This document shows positions 26,980 through 36,356 of a DNA stretch of 64,000 bases, piece by piece. Every line of letters starts with the position of its first letter. The stretch's first letter is position 1. The notes beneath the pieces were generated by a model. It was not told the DNA's origin. It ran no database searches and was given only the letters and a program-made list of their open reading frames with translations. Both the position numbers and the translations under genes were made by a program. The stretch comes from Candidatus Krumholzibacteriia bacterium (GTDB lineage: Bacteria > Krumholzibacteriota > Krumholzibacteriia > JAJRXK01): NCBI GenBank assembly GCA_041484665.1, contig JBGPIA010000005.1, positions 1-64,000 of the forward strand, written 5' to 3'.

Positions 26980-27907
26980 CGGAGGCAAGGGGCTGCGTGG
27001 TCGAGGGCGTGCACTCCGACGCGTCAGCCGCCGACTGCGGTCGCGCCGCATCTGCAGGCGAGCTGTCCGCGGCGGGGGCGCGCGGGGCGCGATCGGCGTG
27101 CAGCGGATTGAGCGCAGCCATGGTCGCCGGGAAGATGCGCTGCGCGCGACCGCGATGGTGCGCGATCAGCTCCGCGACGATCGCCACGGCGATCTCATCG
27201 GGCGTCACCGCTCCGACGTCCAACCCGATCGGCATGCGGACGCGCGCCAGGTTGTCCGGCCGCAATCCGCGCGCACGACAGCGCGCGATCGCCCGGGCTA
27301 CCTTGGAGCGGCTCCCGATCACGCCCAGATAGAAGGGCGGATCCCCCGCGACGTAGTGCTCCAGGACCTGCTGGTCCTGCTCGTGCCCGCGAGTGACGAC
27401 GACCACGAAGTCGCGGCGCGTCGTGCCCAGCTCATCGAGCGCCTCCTCCACGGGCAGATTGAGGATGCGGTGCGCCTGCGGGAAGCGCTCTGGGTTGCCC
27501 CATTCGCGGCGCTCCTCGACCAACCAGACCTGGAAGCCCACCCGCGCGGCGAGCCCTGCGGTGGGCTGCGCCACGTGTCCGCCGCCGAACAGCAGCAGCC
27601 GGCGCGTGGGCTCCAACACCTCGCAAAAAACATGCATGATGCCGCCGCAGCACATTCCCAGCTCTGCGCCGAGGTTGTAGCGCATCATCGACGAGCGGCG
27701 CTTGGCGAGCAGTTGGGCGGCGTCCTGCAGGGCGCGCGCCTCGATGGCGCCGCCGCCGATGGTGCCTTCGAAGGAGCCGTCCTCGCGCAGGAGCAGAGCG
27801 GCGCCCACTTCCTGGGGCGCTGACCCTTCGACAGCGACGACCTTCAGCAGGGCGATGGTCTCGCCGGCCGAGGTGAGCTCTGCGATGCGCTCGTAGAGGC
27901 TCCGCAC
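26966..27907 (-). CDS. xdhC: XdhC/CoxI family xanthine dehydrogenase accessory protein
   Basis: GSAPQEVGA, GTIGGGAIE, LGMCCGG, LLFGGGHVA, VVTRGHEQD, YLGVIGSRSK, PIGLDVGAVTPDEIAVAIVAELI. Confidence 0.92.
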   Translation of the reverse strand: MRSLYERIAELTSAGETIALLKVVAVEGSAPQEVGAALLLREDGSFEGTIGGGAIEARALQDAAQLLAKRRSSMMRYNLGAELGMCCGGIMHVFCEVLEPTRRLLLFGGGHVAQPTAGLAARVGFQVWLVEERREWGNPERFPQAHRILNLPVEEALDELGTTRRDFVVVVTRGHEQDQQVLEHYVAGDPPFYLGVIGSRSKVARAIARCRARGLRPDNLARVRMPIGLDVGAVTPDEIAVAIVAELIAHHRGRAQRIFPATMAALNPLHADRAPRAPAADSSPADAARPQSAADASECTPSTTQPLASDDED

Positions 27908-28053
27908 GGGTGCGGCTCCCTGGGAAGGCGCGGCGGCCGCGTCGGGGGTGGATTCCCAACCGCCGTGCGGACAACGAGTTAGATGCGCGCGCGGGCTGCG
28001 GCGGCCGCGCGCACGGTGCGCCCGGAGCGCCGCCCCGCTATGATGATTCTACG

Positions 28054-29046
28054 ATGAAAAAGTCCCGGAGCTACTACCAGAACTCCAAAGAGCTGCGCCG
28101 CGAGCTCGGCCACGCGCTGCCCACCGAGGAGCTACGGCTACTGCACCGCAAGGACCCGCTGCGCCACTTCGCCGTGGTCGCGCGCCAGTTCCTGCTACTG
28201 GCCCTCTGCGGCCTGGGTCTATGGCGGCTGACCCAGCCGCTGCTGTGGCTGCCGCTGGCCGTGCTGATGGGCTTCACGATGTTCAACTTCACGGTGCTGT
28301 TGCACGAAGAGGTCCACGACGCCATCTTCGCCGGCCAGCGCCCGCGGGCCAGCCGCCTGCTATCGCTCCTGTACGCCTTCCCCAGCGGCATCTCTGCGAG
28401 CCAGTTCACGCGCTGGCACCTCGACCACCACGACAATCTCGGCAGCTCCACGGAAGACCCCAAGCGCTTCCACCTCAGCCCCAAGCGCGTGGCCCGCTGG
28501 TACAAGCTGCTCTATTGTACGGTGGCGCTGTTCTTCATCTACTTCCGTGCGGCGCGCCGCGAGATGCAGGGCTACGAGCCGCAGCTGCAGCGCCGCATCG
28601 CGCTCGAGCGCAACGCGACGATCGCTCTGCACCTGGGCTTCGCGGCGCTGCTGTGGTGGGCGGGCGGATTCGGCGTCGCCGCCCGCGTCTACTTCGTGCC
28701 GTACTTCGTCGTGTTCCCCGTCGCGTTCACGCTCAATCGGCTGGGGCAGCACTACTTCATCGATCCCACCGATCCGGCCAAGTGGAGCACGCGCGTGGAC
28801 GGCAACGCGCCCTGGCAGTTCTTATTCCTCTACAGCAACTTCCACCTCGAGCATCACTACTTCCCCAGCGTGCCGTTCTACAACCTGCCCCGCTTGAACC
28901 GCCTGCTGCGCCCGTTCTACGAGGAGCGCGGCATCCGCAACCACGGCTACCTGGAGATCGCATACCGGTGGTTCGTCCTCAACAAGTTCCCGCACACTGA
29001 CTGGACTGCGCCGTCCCCGGCCGGCACGCCAGTGGCGGCTGTGTAA
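28054..29046 (+). CDS. Membrane fatty acid desaturase family protein
   Basis: Three His boxes (HEEVH, HLDHH, HLEHH..PSVPFYNLP) and TM segments. Confidence 0.9.
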   Translation: MKKSRSYYQNSKELRRELGHALPTEELRLLHRKDPLRHFAVVARQFLLLALCGLGLWRLTQPLLWLPLAVLMGFTMFNFTVLLHEEVHDAIFAGQRPRASRLLSLLYAFPSGISASQFTRWHLDHHDNLGSSTEDPKRFHLSPKRVARWYKLLYCTVALFFIYFRAARREMQGYEPQLQRRIALERNATIALHLGFAALLWWAGGFGVAARVYFVPYFVVFPVAFTLNRLGQHYFIDPTDPAKWSTRVDGNAPWQFLFLYSNFHLEHHYFPSVPFYNLPRLNRLLRPFYEERGIRNHGYLEIAYRWFVLNKFPHTDWTAPSPAGTPVAAV

Positions 29047-29121
29047 CGACTCCAGCGCGTGCAGTGGCCGCCTTGCGTCGAGCGCTGCTTCGGACAATCC
29101 CCGGGGCGGTGCCCAGAACGC

Positions 29122-29152
29122 GAAGGAGCCGCTCCAACGGAGCGGCTCCTTC
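29122..29152. terminator. Hairpin between the convergent desaturase and rpmB genes (probable bidirectional terminator)
   Basis: Perfect 14-bp stem GAAGGAGCCGCTCC-AAC-GGAGCGGCTCCTTC; no clear U-tract. Confidence 0.55.
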
Positions 29153-29275
29153 ACAAATCGTGTCGAGTCCGGTGGCGCGAGCGTCGTCGCACGCGGGTGA
29201 ACTCGTGGTGGGACGCGGTTGTCGCCGCGTCATCGCTCCCCCTGGGGCCCTACTGCCCGCTTGGCGGGCGTGCTG

Positions 29276-29512
29276 CTAGACGCGCTCGCCGCGATCGCGC
29301 ATCTCGCGCAGGACCCGGCCGATGCCCTTGAGGGTGATCTCCTTGATCCCGCGGGCACTCACCTTCAGGGTCACCCAGCGCTTCTCCTCGGGCACCCAGA
29401 ACCGCTTCTTCTGCAGGTTCGGATAGAAGCGGCGCTTGCTCACATTGTGCGCGTGGCTGATCTTCGACCCAGACATGGGCGCCTTGCCGGTGACTTGGCA
29501 CCTTCTGGACAT
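29276..29512 (-). CDS. rpmB: 50S ribosomal protein L28
   Basis: [66 protein letters not shown]. Confidence 0.97.
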   Translation of the reverse strand: MSRRCQVTGKAPMSGSKISHAHNVSKRRFYPNLQKKRFWVPEEKRWVTLKVSARGIKEITLKGIGRVLREMRDRGERV

Positions 29513-29602
29513 GACGGCTTCCTCACTGGTTCCCAGGCCGGCCGCGCTGCGGCGATTGGCCCGTGGGCTGGCGCCCCGGCGGGCGCGGAGTACGGACCGC
29601 TC

Positions 29603-29630
29603 AGTATAACCGCCCGGGTGGGCGTGGCAA
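29603..29630 (-). promoter_or_regulatory. Promoter of rpmB
   Basis: Minus strand TTGCCA-N16-TATACT. Confidence 0.55.
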
Positions 29631-29735
29631 CCCCGTAGCGCGCTGGTCGCTCGCCTGTCCCTCGCCCGGGGCTCGCCGTCGACGGCCTGCCGCCAGCGCG
29701 CCCACCGCCCTAGCCTTGCCGGCGAGACCCAGGGG

Positions 29736-30173
29736 CTAGCTCTCGTCAAAGGGATTGCGCGGCCTCTTCTTCTGGAAGCGGCCAAACTCCTTGTCGAGGC
29801 TCTCGATGCGCTCCTTGGCCTGGCGGTCCGCCTCGCCGGACTCGAAGAGCCGTTGGATCTGCTCCTGCTCCTCCTGGACGCGCTTGCCAAACTCCTCCAT
29901 CTCGGAAGCGATGGAGGACTTGACGTCCCCGCGCGGCAGCTTCTCAAGTCCGAGGTGGTCGACGATCTCCAGCCGCGCGTCGAAGGCGTGGACTACCGGG
30001 CGCACTACGCCGGCCGCCTCGAGCCCGCGCGTCACCAGGCCAACGCGCTCGGGCGGCCATCCGAGCAGCCCGGCGATCTCCTCCTCGTTGGGAGGCCGCC
30101 GCAGCTGCGCCTCCAGGACGCGAACCGCCGCCACGATCAGATGGCCCTCGAAGTAGCCAGGAAGCTCGGCCAC
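29736..30173 (-). CDS. Hypothetical protein: winged-HTH-like N-terminus plus acidic coiled-coil
   Basis: [42 protein letters not shown] is HTH-like; composition looks coding. Confidence 0.75.
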   Translation of the reverse strand: MAELPGYFEGHLIVAAVRVLEAQLRRPPNEEEIAGLLGWPPERVGLVTRGLEAAGVVRPVVHAFDARLEIVDHLGLEKLPRGDVKSSIASEMEEFGKRVQEEQEQIQRLFESGEADRQAKERIESLDKEFGRFQKKRPRNPFDES

Positions 30174-30326
30174 CGTGTGCCTCCTCGATCACCCAGCGCG
30201 CGCCGGGGCCGGCCGCCGCCGACGCGGCGCGCCGCCACCAGCCGGATCCTGCGGCCGGGACCCCTATCAAAGTGGCACGCAGGCGGCGCAACAGCAATGG
30301 GGTGGGAGACGCCGAGCTTGCGGCGC

Positions 30327-31043
30327 TCAGGGGTGCTCCCCCAATTGGGCGCGGTGCAGCCAGACGAAGAGCAGGGCGACCGCCAGGTCCGCGCCCGGCC
30401 CGTGGGCCAGCCAGGGGATGCTCCAGCAGCGGTGTCGGCGAGCGGCCGCGCACCACCACCACGAGGCGAGTAGAATGGCGGCCATGCGGATCGCTACGGG
30501 GCCCGCCGGGTAGAGCCGGGATAACACGATGGCGTGGTAGCCGGCGAACGCTGCTGCGGCCAGCGCGAGGCCACGCTTGGGGCCGAAGGCCTGGACGCAA
30601 CGCGGCACCGCCTGCCCGCGCCACCACCACTCCTCGAGCCACGGGATCAGCGCGAGGAACAGCGCGGCATACACGACGAACCGCTCACCGTGCCAGCCCA
30701 GTGCGATCAGCTTCTGGTAGTAGGCCTGGGGATTGCCCATCCGCGGGCCCAACGCCAGGTATGCGGCGGCGAGCCCGGGCCCGCAGACAGCCCACAGGAG
30801 CGCTGCCTCCCAGGCGGCGGCGCGCCGCCGGCCCGGGGGCGGCAGCCACGGATACCCGCTTCCGGCTCGCAGCGGCTGCAGTCCGAGCAGGAGGCAGGGC
30901 CCCAGCAGGCAGCCTCCGATGGCGTAGAACAGAAACGCGGCCTCGACGCTACGAAGGACCAGCAGGCCGAACGAGACGGCGGCGTAGGGCAGAAGCAGCG
31001 CCAGGAGCAAGCGGCTCCGCCCGGCACGACGCTCCCCGGGCAT
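30327..31043 (-). CDS. CPBP (CAAX/Abi) intramembrane glutamic protease
   Basis: PWLEEWWWRG, FAGYH and AH..AD motifs; several TM helices. Start is uncertain. Confidence 0.8.
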   Translation of the reverse strand: MPGERRAGRSRLLLALLLPYAAVSFGLLVLRSVEAAFLFYAIGGCLLGPCLLLGLQPLRAGSGYPWLPPPGRRRAAAWEAALLWAVCGPGLAAAYLALGPRMGNPQAYYQKLIALGWHGERFVVYAALFLALIPWLEEWWWRGQAVPRCVQAFGPKRGLALAAAAFAGYHAIVLSRLYPAGPVAIRMAAILLASWWWCAAARRHRCWSIPWLAHGPGADLAVALLFVWLHRAQLGEHP

Positions 31044-31144
31044 TGGGCGGACGGGCGGCGCACCGCTACCTTTTCCCGTACGGCCCCCTGTGCGCTGCCG
31101 GCTGCCCCCAGCCCGGCTGGGCGTCCGCTCTTTCGCAGGAGGAG

Positions 31145-32638
31145 ATGGCTGTGACGTTCGATCGCTCATGCTCCCCCGGTCTTCCCCGTTGTGGCGCTGG
31201 ATCCGCTGTCGCGTGCCGCCGCGCTGGCCGTGCAACAGGTCCTGCCGCGGCGCGCACGCGGGCCCGCGCTACGGCGCTCGCCCGACCCCCCGCCGCGGCC
31301 GGTGCCTGGGCCCGCGCCTGCGCCCGATCGCTGCTCCTGGCGACGCTGCTCGCGGCCCCCCTGGCGATTCCGGTGGCCGCCCAGCCGTCGTACCCAACCG
31401 ATTTCCGCGACGTCACGGTCGTGGGGGCCTTGACGCTTCCCACGAGCATCGCTCCGTTGCCCGACGGCCGCGTGCTCATCGCCGAGCAGTGGAATGCCCG
31501 CGTCCGCCTGGTGGTCGATGGGCAGATCGGTGCGACCGATCCCGTGCTGACCGTACCCAACGTCAATACCTCGGGCAACGAGCGCGGACTGCTTGCGCTG
31601 GCGGTCGATCCCGCGTGGCCCGCACGACCCTACCTGTACGCTTACTACGATTTCAGCAGCGGCACGACCAGGGCCGTCTATCTGACCCGCTACACCGGGG
31701 TCGGCGACTTGGCCGACGCCAGCAGCAGCAACCTCACGTTCGATGCGGCCAGCGCCCTGCATCTGCTCACGACCATCCCCGACGCCGCCTCAAATCACAA
31801 CGGCGGCTGCCTCCGCTTCGCGCAGGACGGAACGCTGTTCGTCTCCAACGGGGACGACGCGAGCCGTTGCGCGGCGCAGATCGTCAACGACTTCCGCGGG
31901 AAGATCCTCCACCTGGAGGTCGACCAGCTCCCCGCGGGTCCGGGCACCGCCAGCCTCGCCGATCTCGTGCCGCCGGGCAACCCGTTCAGCGGCCAGGGCC
32001 CGATTGCAGAGCTGGTCTGGGCGATCGGGCTGCGCAATCCGTTCCGCTTCCACATCGACCCGAACGACGGGGCGCTGTTCATCGCCGACGTGGGGGAGAG
32101 CACGCAGGAGGAGTGGGACCGCGTCGCGTCGGGCGGGCTGAACCTCGGCTGGCCCTTCTACGAGGGCGATTTCCACGTCACCGTCGTCTCGGGCTGCACG
32201 GAACCGGGGGGATTCGTCTCGCTGCCACCCATCCGCAGTTTCGACCGCACGGCGCTCTCCTCGGCCTCGGGGATGAGCGCGGGCATCTACAAGTCTCGGC
32301 CGGGGGCCGCCAAGCGCTGGCCCGCCGAGTACAACGGCGACTACTTCTACGCGGAGTACTATCAGGGCTGGGTCGTGCGCGTAAAGGGCAGCGGCAGCGC
32401 CTGGAGCGTGGCTCCGCAGGTGCCTGGCCAGGCCAGTGCGACGAACTGGGCTACCGGGCTCGACTCGCCCGTGGACTTCCAGATCGCGCCCGACGGCTCG
32501 TGGTATTACCTGAGCCAGCTCGGCGGAGAGCTGCACAAGATCGAGTATACTGGGATCGTGACGGGTGTGCCCGCGACCTCGTCCAGCTTCGGCGGGCTGC
32601 GCGCGCGCTTCGCCACGCCGCCGCAACGCAAGCGCTGA
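31145..32638 (+). CDS. Secreted PQQ-dependent sugar dehydrogenase-like (GSDH) beta-propeller; C-terminal SFGGLRARF motif
   Basis: AGGAGG RBS; NERGLLALAVDP, NHNGGCLRF, GKILHL, GNPF, WAIGLRNPFR, ADVG, NLGWPFYEG. Confidence 0.88.
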   Translation: MAVTFDRSCSPGLPRCGAGSAVACRRAGRATGPAAARTRARATALARPPAAAGAWARACARSLLLATLLAAPLAIPVAAQPSYPTDFRDVTVVGALTLPTSIAPLPDGRVLIAEQWNARVRLVVDGQIGATDPVLTVPNVNTSGNERGLLALAVDPAWPARPYLYAYYDFSSGTTRAVYLTRYTGVGDLADASSSNLTFDAASALHLLTTIPDAASNHNGGCLRFAQDGTLFVSNGDDASRCAAQIVNDFRGKILHLEVDQLPAGPGTASLADLVPPGNPFSGQGPIAELVWAIGLRNPFRFHIDPNDGALFIADVGESTQEEWDRVASGGLNLGWPFYEGDFHVTVVSGCTEPGGFVSLPPIRSFDRTALSSASGMSAGIYKSRPGAAKRWPAEYNGDYFYAEYYQGWVVRVKGSGSAWSVAPQVPGQASATNWATGLDSPVDFQIAPDGSWYYLSQLGGELHKIEYTGIVTGVPATSSSFGGLRARFATPPQRKR

Positions 32639-32743
32639 CCGCGACCCGCCGTCGAGCGGGCGTGGGGCAGGGCAGCCGGTTGGCACGATTACCGAGCGGG
32701 GCCTTCCTTCGCTTGCGCGCCGGCATCCGCACCGGGAGGCACC

Positions 32744-34831
32744 GTGACCACCGCGCACCGACCGCGCGCGGCGGGCGCCCTGCGTCACGCCGCCGGATCC
32801 ACGATCGGGAACGCCACCCGGCGCCCAATGCCGCGGCTTGTTCCAAGGCTCCGGCCGCTGCGACTGGCCAGTCCGGCCCGTCTGGCGGCGCTCGCCTCGC
32901 TCGGCGCGCTCGCAGGGCTCGCCGTCCCCTGCGTGCGCGATGCGCGGGCGGCGCTGGCTCCACTCAAGCCCCACGGGCAGTTGGTCCAGGAAGTCGTGGC
33001 GTTCCTGATGAGCGACGTCGGCAACGGCGGCATCCGCACTATGGATGGCGCCCCGCAGGGTGCCCGGGTTCCGCCGTACTTCTATCACTATTCCATTCAG
33101 CACGACGACGACCTGCCCAGCCCCACGACCGGCTACCCCGGTTACGCCAGCATCAGCTACCCGGGGTTCACGGCCAGCATCGGGATCGACGCCTTCCTCG
33201 CATACTGGGCCTACAGCGGCGACCCCCAGGCGCTGGCGCGCGCGCGCGCGTTCGCCGACTGGCTCCTGCCACGGCGAACGCCGGCCGGAGATCTCTTCGG
33301 CAACTGGCCCTACAGCACGCAGACCGACGGCACGATGGGCGGGGGCTTCGATGGCGACGCCGTCATGAGCGACAAGCCCGCCATGTTCGCCCTGCGCTGC
33401 CTGCGGCTGCACGACATCACCGGCGAGGCCGCATACCTCGACGGCGCGACGCAGATTGCCCGCACCTACGTCGCCACGCAGCACGTGGGAGGGCCGGCCG
33501 AGGACGGCCGCTGGCCCTTCCGCGTGCGCCCCAGCGACGGGCTCGTGCGCCAGGACTTCACCAGCGACCTGATTCCGGCGATCTCGCTCCTGGAGGCTCT
33601 GGAACACCGTGCGGCAGGGCAAGGCTTCGCGACGGCGGCGGCGCGGGCATGGGCCTGGCTGTGGGCCAATCCTCTGGATCCGTCCAGCGCCAACTACCAG
33701 CGCTGGGAGGGCTTCTACGAGGACATCACGCCGGCCGATGAAACCGGCAAACGCGACCACTACGGCGCCGAGGAGACGGTGCTCGGGCTGTTGCAGCGCG
33801 GGCAGCCCGGCGACGTGCAGAAGGCGATCGAGGTGTTCGGTTGGTCGACGAGCCGCTACCTGGCAGCCGATGGCTTCCAGAACGGTTACGGCGCGTACGC
33901 GCCGTCGATCCTGGAGTGGGACGCGTGGATGAACACGACCTACTCGGCGACCGGGCAGTGGGCGTACGTCAACCTGCGCCTGGACGAGGCGACGCGCGGC
34001 ACACCGCTGCACGACCCGACGTGGCGGACGAGGGCGATCCAGGCATTGCACACGCTCACCTATGGGCAGGGCGCGCAGCCGTTGCCCCATGACGGCCGCA
34101 TGCTCACCACCATCCGCGAGCTCGTGCAGCCGTTGTTCGGCAGCGAGACCTGGTACGAGCAGAGCCTCAATACCGTCAAGTACATGCTGCTGAGCTTCGG
34201 GCTCGCGCCCGAGCTGGCTCCCGCCGGCGAGGATCACCTGGTGGGCTTTTCGGGGAGCGAGCTCACGGCGGTCCAGTATTCCGGCGACCGCATCGTAACG
34301 CGCTGGAGCGGGCCGGGCCGGGCGTTCCTGCGCCTGCAGCTCGCCCCGCGGGCGGTGCTCATCGATGGCATCTGGCAGACGGTGCCCGTGGGCGACCTCT
34401 CGGGCGCCACCGCGGCATGGACCTGGCAACCCGATCCGGGCGTTTGCACCATCGCGCATCCCGGCGGCGACGTCGTCATTGCCCTCTCCGGGGCCACGGC
34501 TGTCGGCGAACCGCCCAGCAGCGGCGATCGCCCCGCGGATGCGGACCGCGCTGGAGGCGACATCCTGCTGCCGCCGCATCCCAGCCCGGCGAACCCCGCC
34601 ACGACCCTAGACTTCGTGCTGGGATCCGGCGGGCGCGCGCGCATTGCCGTGCACGACCTGCGCGGTCGCACCGTGTGCGTGCTGCTCGATGCGGAGCGCC
34701 CGGCGGGCTTTGGCCGGGTCGTCTGGCGTGGCACCGACGCGGCCGGCCGCGCGGTTGCTAGCGGAACCTACCTCGTACGCATGGAGACTGTAAGCGGCGC
34801 GCACGTGCGCAACGTCACACTGGCGCGCTGA
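32744..34831 (+). CDS. Secreted alpha-helical-repeat protein (glycoside hydrolase/epimerase-like) with C-terminal FlgD-Ig domain
   Basis: GGGAGG RBS; signal peptide; helical repeats (ALARARAFADWLL, YLDGATQIA, AAARAWAWL); C-terminal PSPANPATTLDF..HDLRGR..WRGTDAAGRAVASGTYLVRM. Confidence 0.75.
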   Translation: MTTAHRPRAAGALRHAAGSTIGNATRRPMPRLVPRLRPLRLASPARLAALASLGALAGLAVPCVRDARAALAPLKPHGQLVQEVVAFLMSDVGNGGIRTMDGAPQGARVPPYFYHYSIQHDDDLPSPTTGYPGYASISYPGFTASIGIDAFLAYWAYSGDPQALARARAFADWLLPRRTPAGDLFGNWPYSTQTDGTMGGGFDGDAVMSDKPAMFALRCLRLHDITGEAAYLDGATQIARTYVATQHVGGPAEDGRWPFRVRPSDGLVRQDFTSDLIPAISLLEALEHRAAGQGFATAAARAWAWLWANPLDPSSANYQRWEGFYEDITPADETGKRDHYGAEETVLGLLQRGQPGDVQKAIEVFGWSTSRYLAADGFQNGYGAYAPSILEWDAWMNTTYSATGQWAYVNLRLDEATRGTPLHDPTWRTRAIQALHTLTYGQGAQPLPHDGRMLTTIRELVQPLFGSETWYEQSLNTVKYMLLSFGLAPELAPAGEDHLVGFSGSELTAVQYSGDRIVTRWSGPGRAFLRLQLAPRAVLIDGIWQTVPVGDLSGATAAWTWQPDPGVCTIAHPGGDVVIALSGATAVGEPPSSGDRPADADRAGGDILLPPHPSPANPATTLDFVLGSGGRARIAVHDLRGRTVCVLLDAERPAGFGRVVWRGTDAAGRAVASGTYLVRMETVSGAHVRNVTLAR

Positions 34832-34858
34832 GCGCCGGGCGCTGCGCGCGAGTTTGCC

Positions 34859-35929
34859 TCAGGCCGAGCTGGCGTTGGTGCGGGAGCGCGCCGCCGCGCC
34901 GTGCAGGTCCTGGGCGCAGTGCAGGTCCTGCATCAGCGCGGAGATGCGGTCCAGGTCGCGCTTGAGCTCCGCGAACATCTCCAGCGTGAGCGCCTGGGGG
35001 CCGTCGCTCAGGGCACGGCTGGGGTCGGGATGCACCTCGACCATGATGCCCGCGGCGCCGCACGCCGCCGCAGCGCGGGCCAGGGCGGGGACGAGCTCCC
35101 GCGCGCCCGCGGCGTGGCTGGGATCGACGATCACCGGAAGGTGGGTGAGCTGGCGCAGCACCGGGATCGCCGAGATGTCCAGCGTGAAGCGCGTGCTGCG
35201 CTCGAAGGTCCGGATGCCGCGCTCGCATAGCACGATATCCTCGCAGCCCTCCGAGCGGACGTACTCGGCCGCGTTGAGCAGCTCCTCGATTGTGGCGCTG
35301 ATTCCGCGCTTGAGCAGCACCGGCTTGCCCATGCGCCCCGCCTCGCGCAGCAGCCGGAAATTCTGCATGTTGCGCGCGCCGATCTGGATCATGTCCGCGT
35401 AGCGGGCCAGCAGGTCGATGTCGTCCTCGCTCAGCAGCTCGCTGACGACCGGAAGGTGGGTCTCGTCGCGGGCGGCCTTGAGGATCTTGAGGCCCTCTTC
35501 GCCCAGGCCCTGGAAACTATAGGGGCTCGTGCGCGGCTTGAACGCGCCTCCGCGCAGCATGTGCGCGCCGCACCCCTTGATGTGGCGGGCGATGGTCAAC
35601 ACCTGCTCGCGGCTCTCCACGGCGCACGGACCGGCGATGACGACCAGCTCGTCGCCGCCAAACTCCACGCGGCCCACGCGCACGATGGTGTCGGCGGCCT
35701 GGAACTCGCGGCTGACCAGCTTGTAGGGGACCCCGATGCGCACCACGTCCTCGACGTCGTCGAGGCTGCGCAGCTGCTCGCGATCGTCCTCGCTGGGCGA
35801 GCCGACCACCCCGATGACGGTCCGCTCCCCGCGGCGCGAGATGTGCGCCGCGTGCCCCTGGCGCTCGATCGCGTCGACCACCTTCCCCACCGCAGTGGGA
35901 GAAGCGTCGGGTCTGAGGATGACGATCAT
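34859..35929 (-). CDS. aroF: 3-deoxy-7-phosphoheptulonate (DAHP) synthase, type I-beta with N-terminal regulatory domain
   Basis: IAGPCAVES, LRGGAFKPRTSPYSFQGLG, QIGARNMQNF, VLLKRG, LCERGIRTF, VDPSHAAG, ALSDGPQ. Confidence 0.96.
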   Translation of the reverse strand: MIVILRPDASPTAVGKVVDAIERQGHAAHISRRGERTVIGVVGSPSEDDREQLRSLDDVEDVVRIGVPYKLVSREFQAADTIVRVGRVEFGGDELVVIAGPCAVESREQVLTIARHIKGCGAHMLRGGAFKPRTSPYSFQGLGEEGLKILKAARDETHLPVVSELLSEDDIDLLARYADMIQIGARNMQNFRLLREAGRMGKPVLLKRGISATIEELLNAAEYVRSEGCEDIVLCERGIRTFERSTRFTLDISAIPVLRQLTHLPVIVDPSHAAGARELVPALARAAAACGAAGIMVEVHPDPSRALSDGPQALTLEMFAELKRDLDRISALMQDLHCAQDLHGAAARSRTNASSA

Positions 35930-36011
35930 CGGCTCGTCCTTCCCGCGGGGGCTGCGGTCCCGTCCTCCCCTGGCGTGGTGTCTCGCCTCATGGACCGTGG
36001 AGGGAGCGGGC

Positions 36012-36047
36012 AAAAAAAACCACCCGTGGCGTCAAGGCCTGGGTGGT
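36012..36047 (-). terminator. Attenuator terminator in the aroF leader
   Basis: Minus strand ACCACCC-A-GGC-CTTGAC-GCC-AC-GGGTGGT followed by T7. Confidence 0.85.
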
Positions 36048-36080
36048 GCGGGTTGGGCCGTCAACGACTCTGGCTGTCGA

Positions 36081-36173
36081 TCAGAACGGCCCCACGCACA
36101 CCCCGGCGCCGGTCCAGGACCATCCGAACCCCGTGCGGCAGGTGGAGCCGATGTGCTTGCTAATCGACCACAT
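36081..36173 (-). CDS. Putative aromatic-rich leader peptide (30 aa) of the aroF attenuator
   Basis: MWSISKHIGSTCRTGFGWSWTGAGVCVGPF*, with a GAGG RBS, between the promoter and the terminator. Confidence 0.7.
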   Translation of the reverse strand: MWSISKHIGSTCRTGFGWSWTGAGVCVGPF

Positions 36174-36196
36174 CGCAACGATCCTCGTTCGTCCCA

Positions 36197-36226
36197 ACCA
36201 TAGGCCAGCGCCGCGCGGGGTGTCAA
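36197..36226 (-). promoter_or_regulatory. Sigma70 promoter for leader-aroF
   Basis: Minus strand TTGACA-N18-TATGGT. Confidence 0.7.
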
Positions 36227-36356
36227 CAGGCCACCGGCGGCAGCGCATGCGCGGGGCCCGCGATGGCGGCGGACCCGGTTCGTATGTAGCTAGACACCTT
36301 GGCCTTGGCGCGGCTCCCCGTGGCCGAGGGTGCACCCGCAACGAGGACTCCCCCCC

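Noticed and set aside
31790..34579. 929-aa minus-strand ORF
   Set aside because: Antisense shadow of two motif-supported plus-strand genes.
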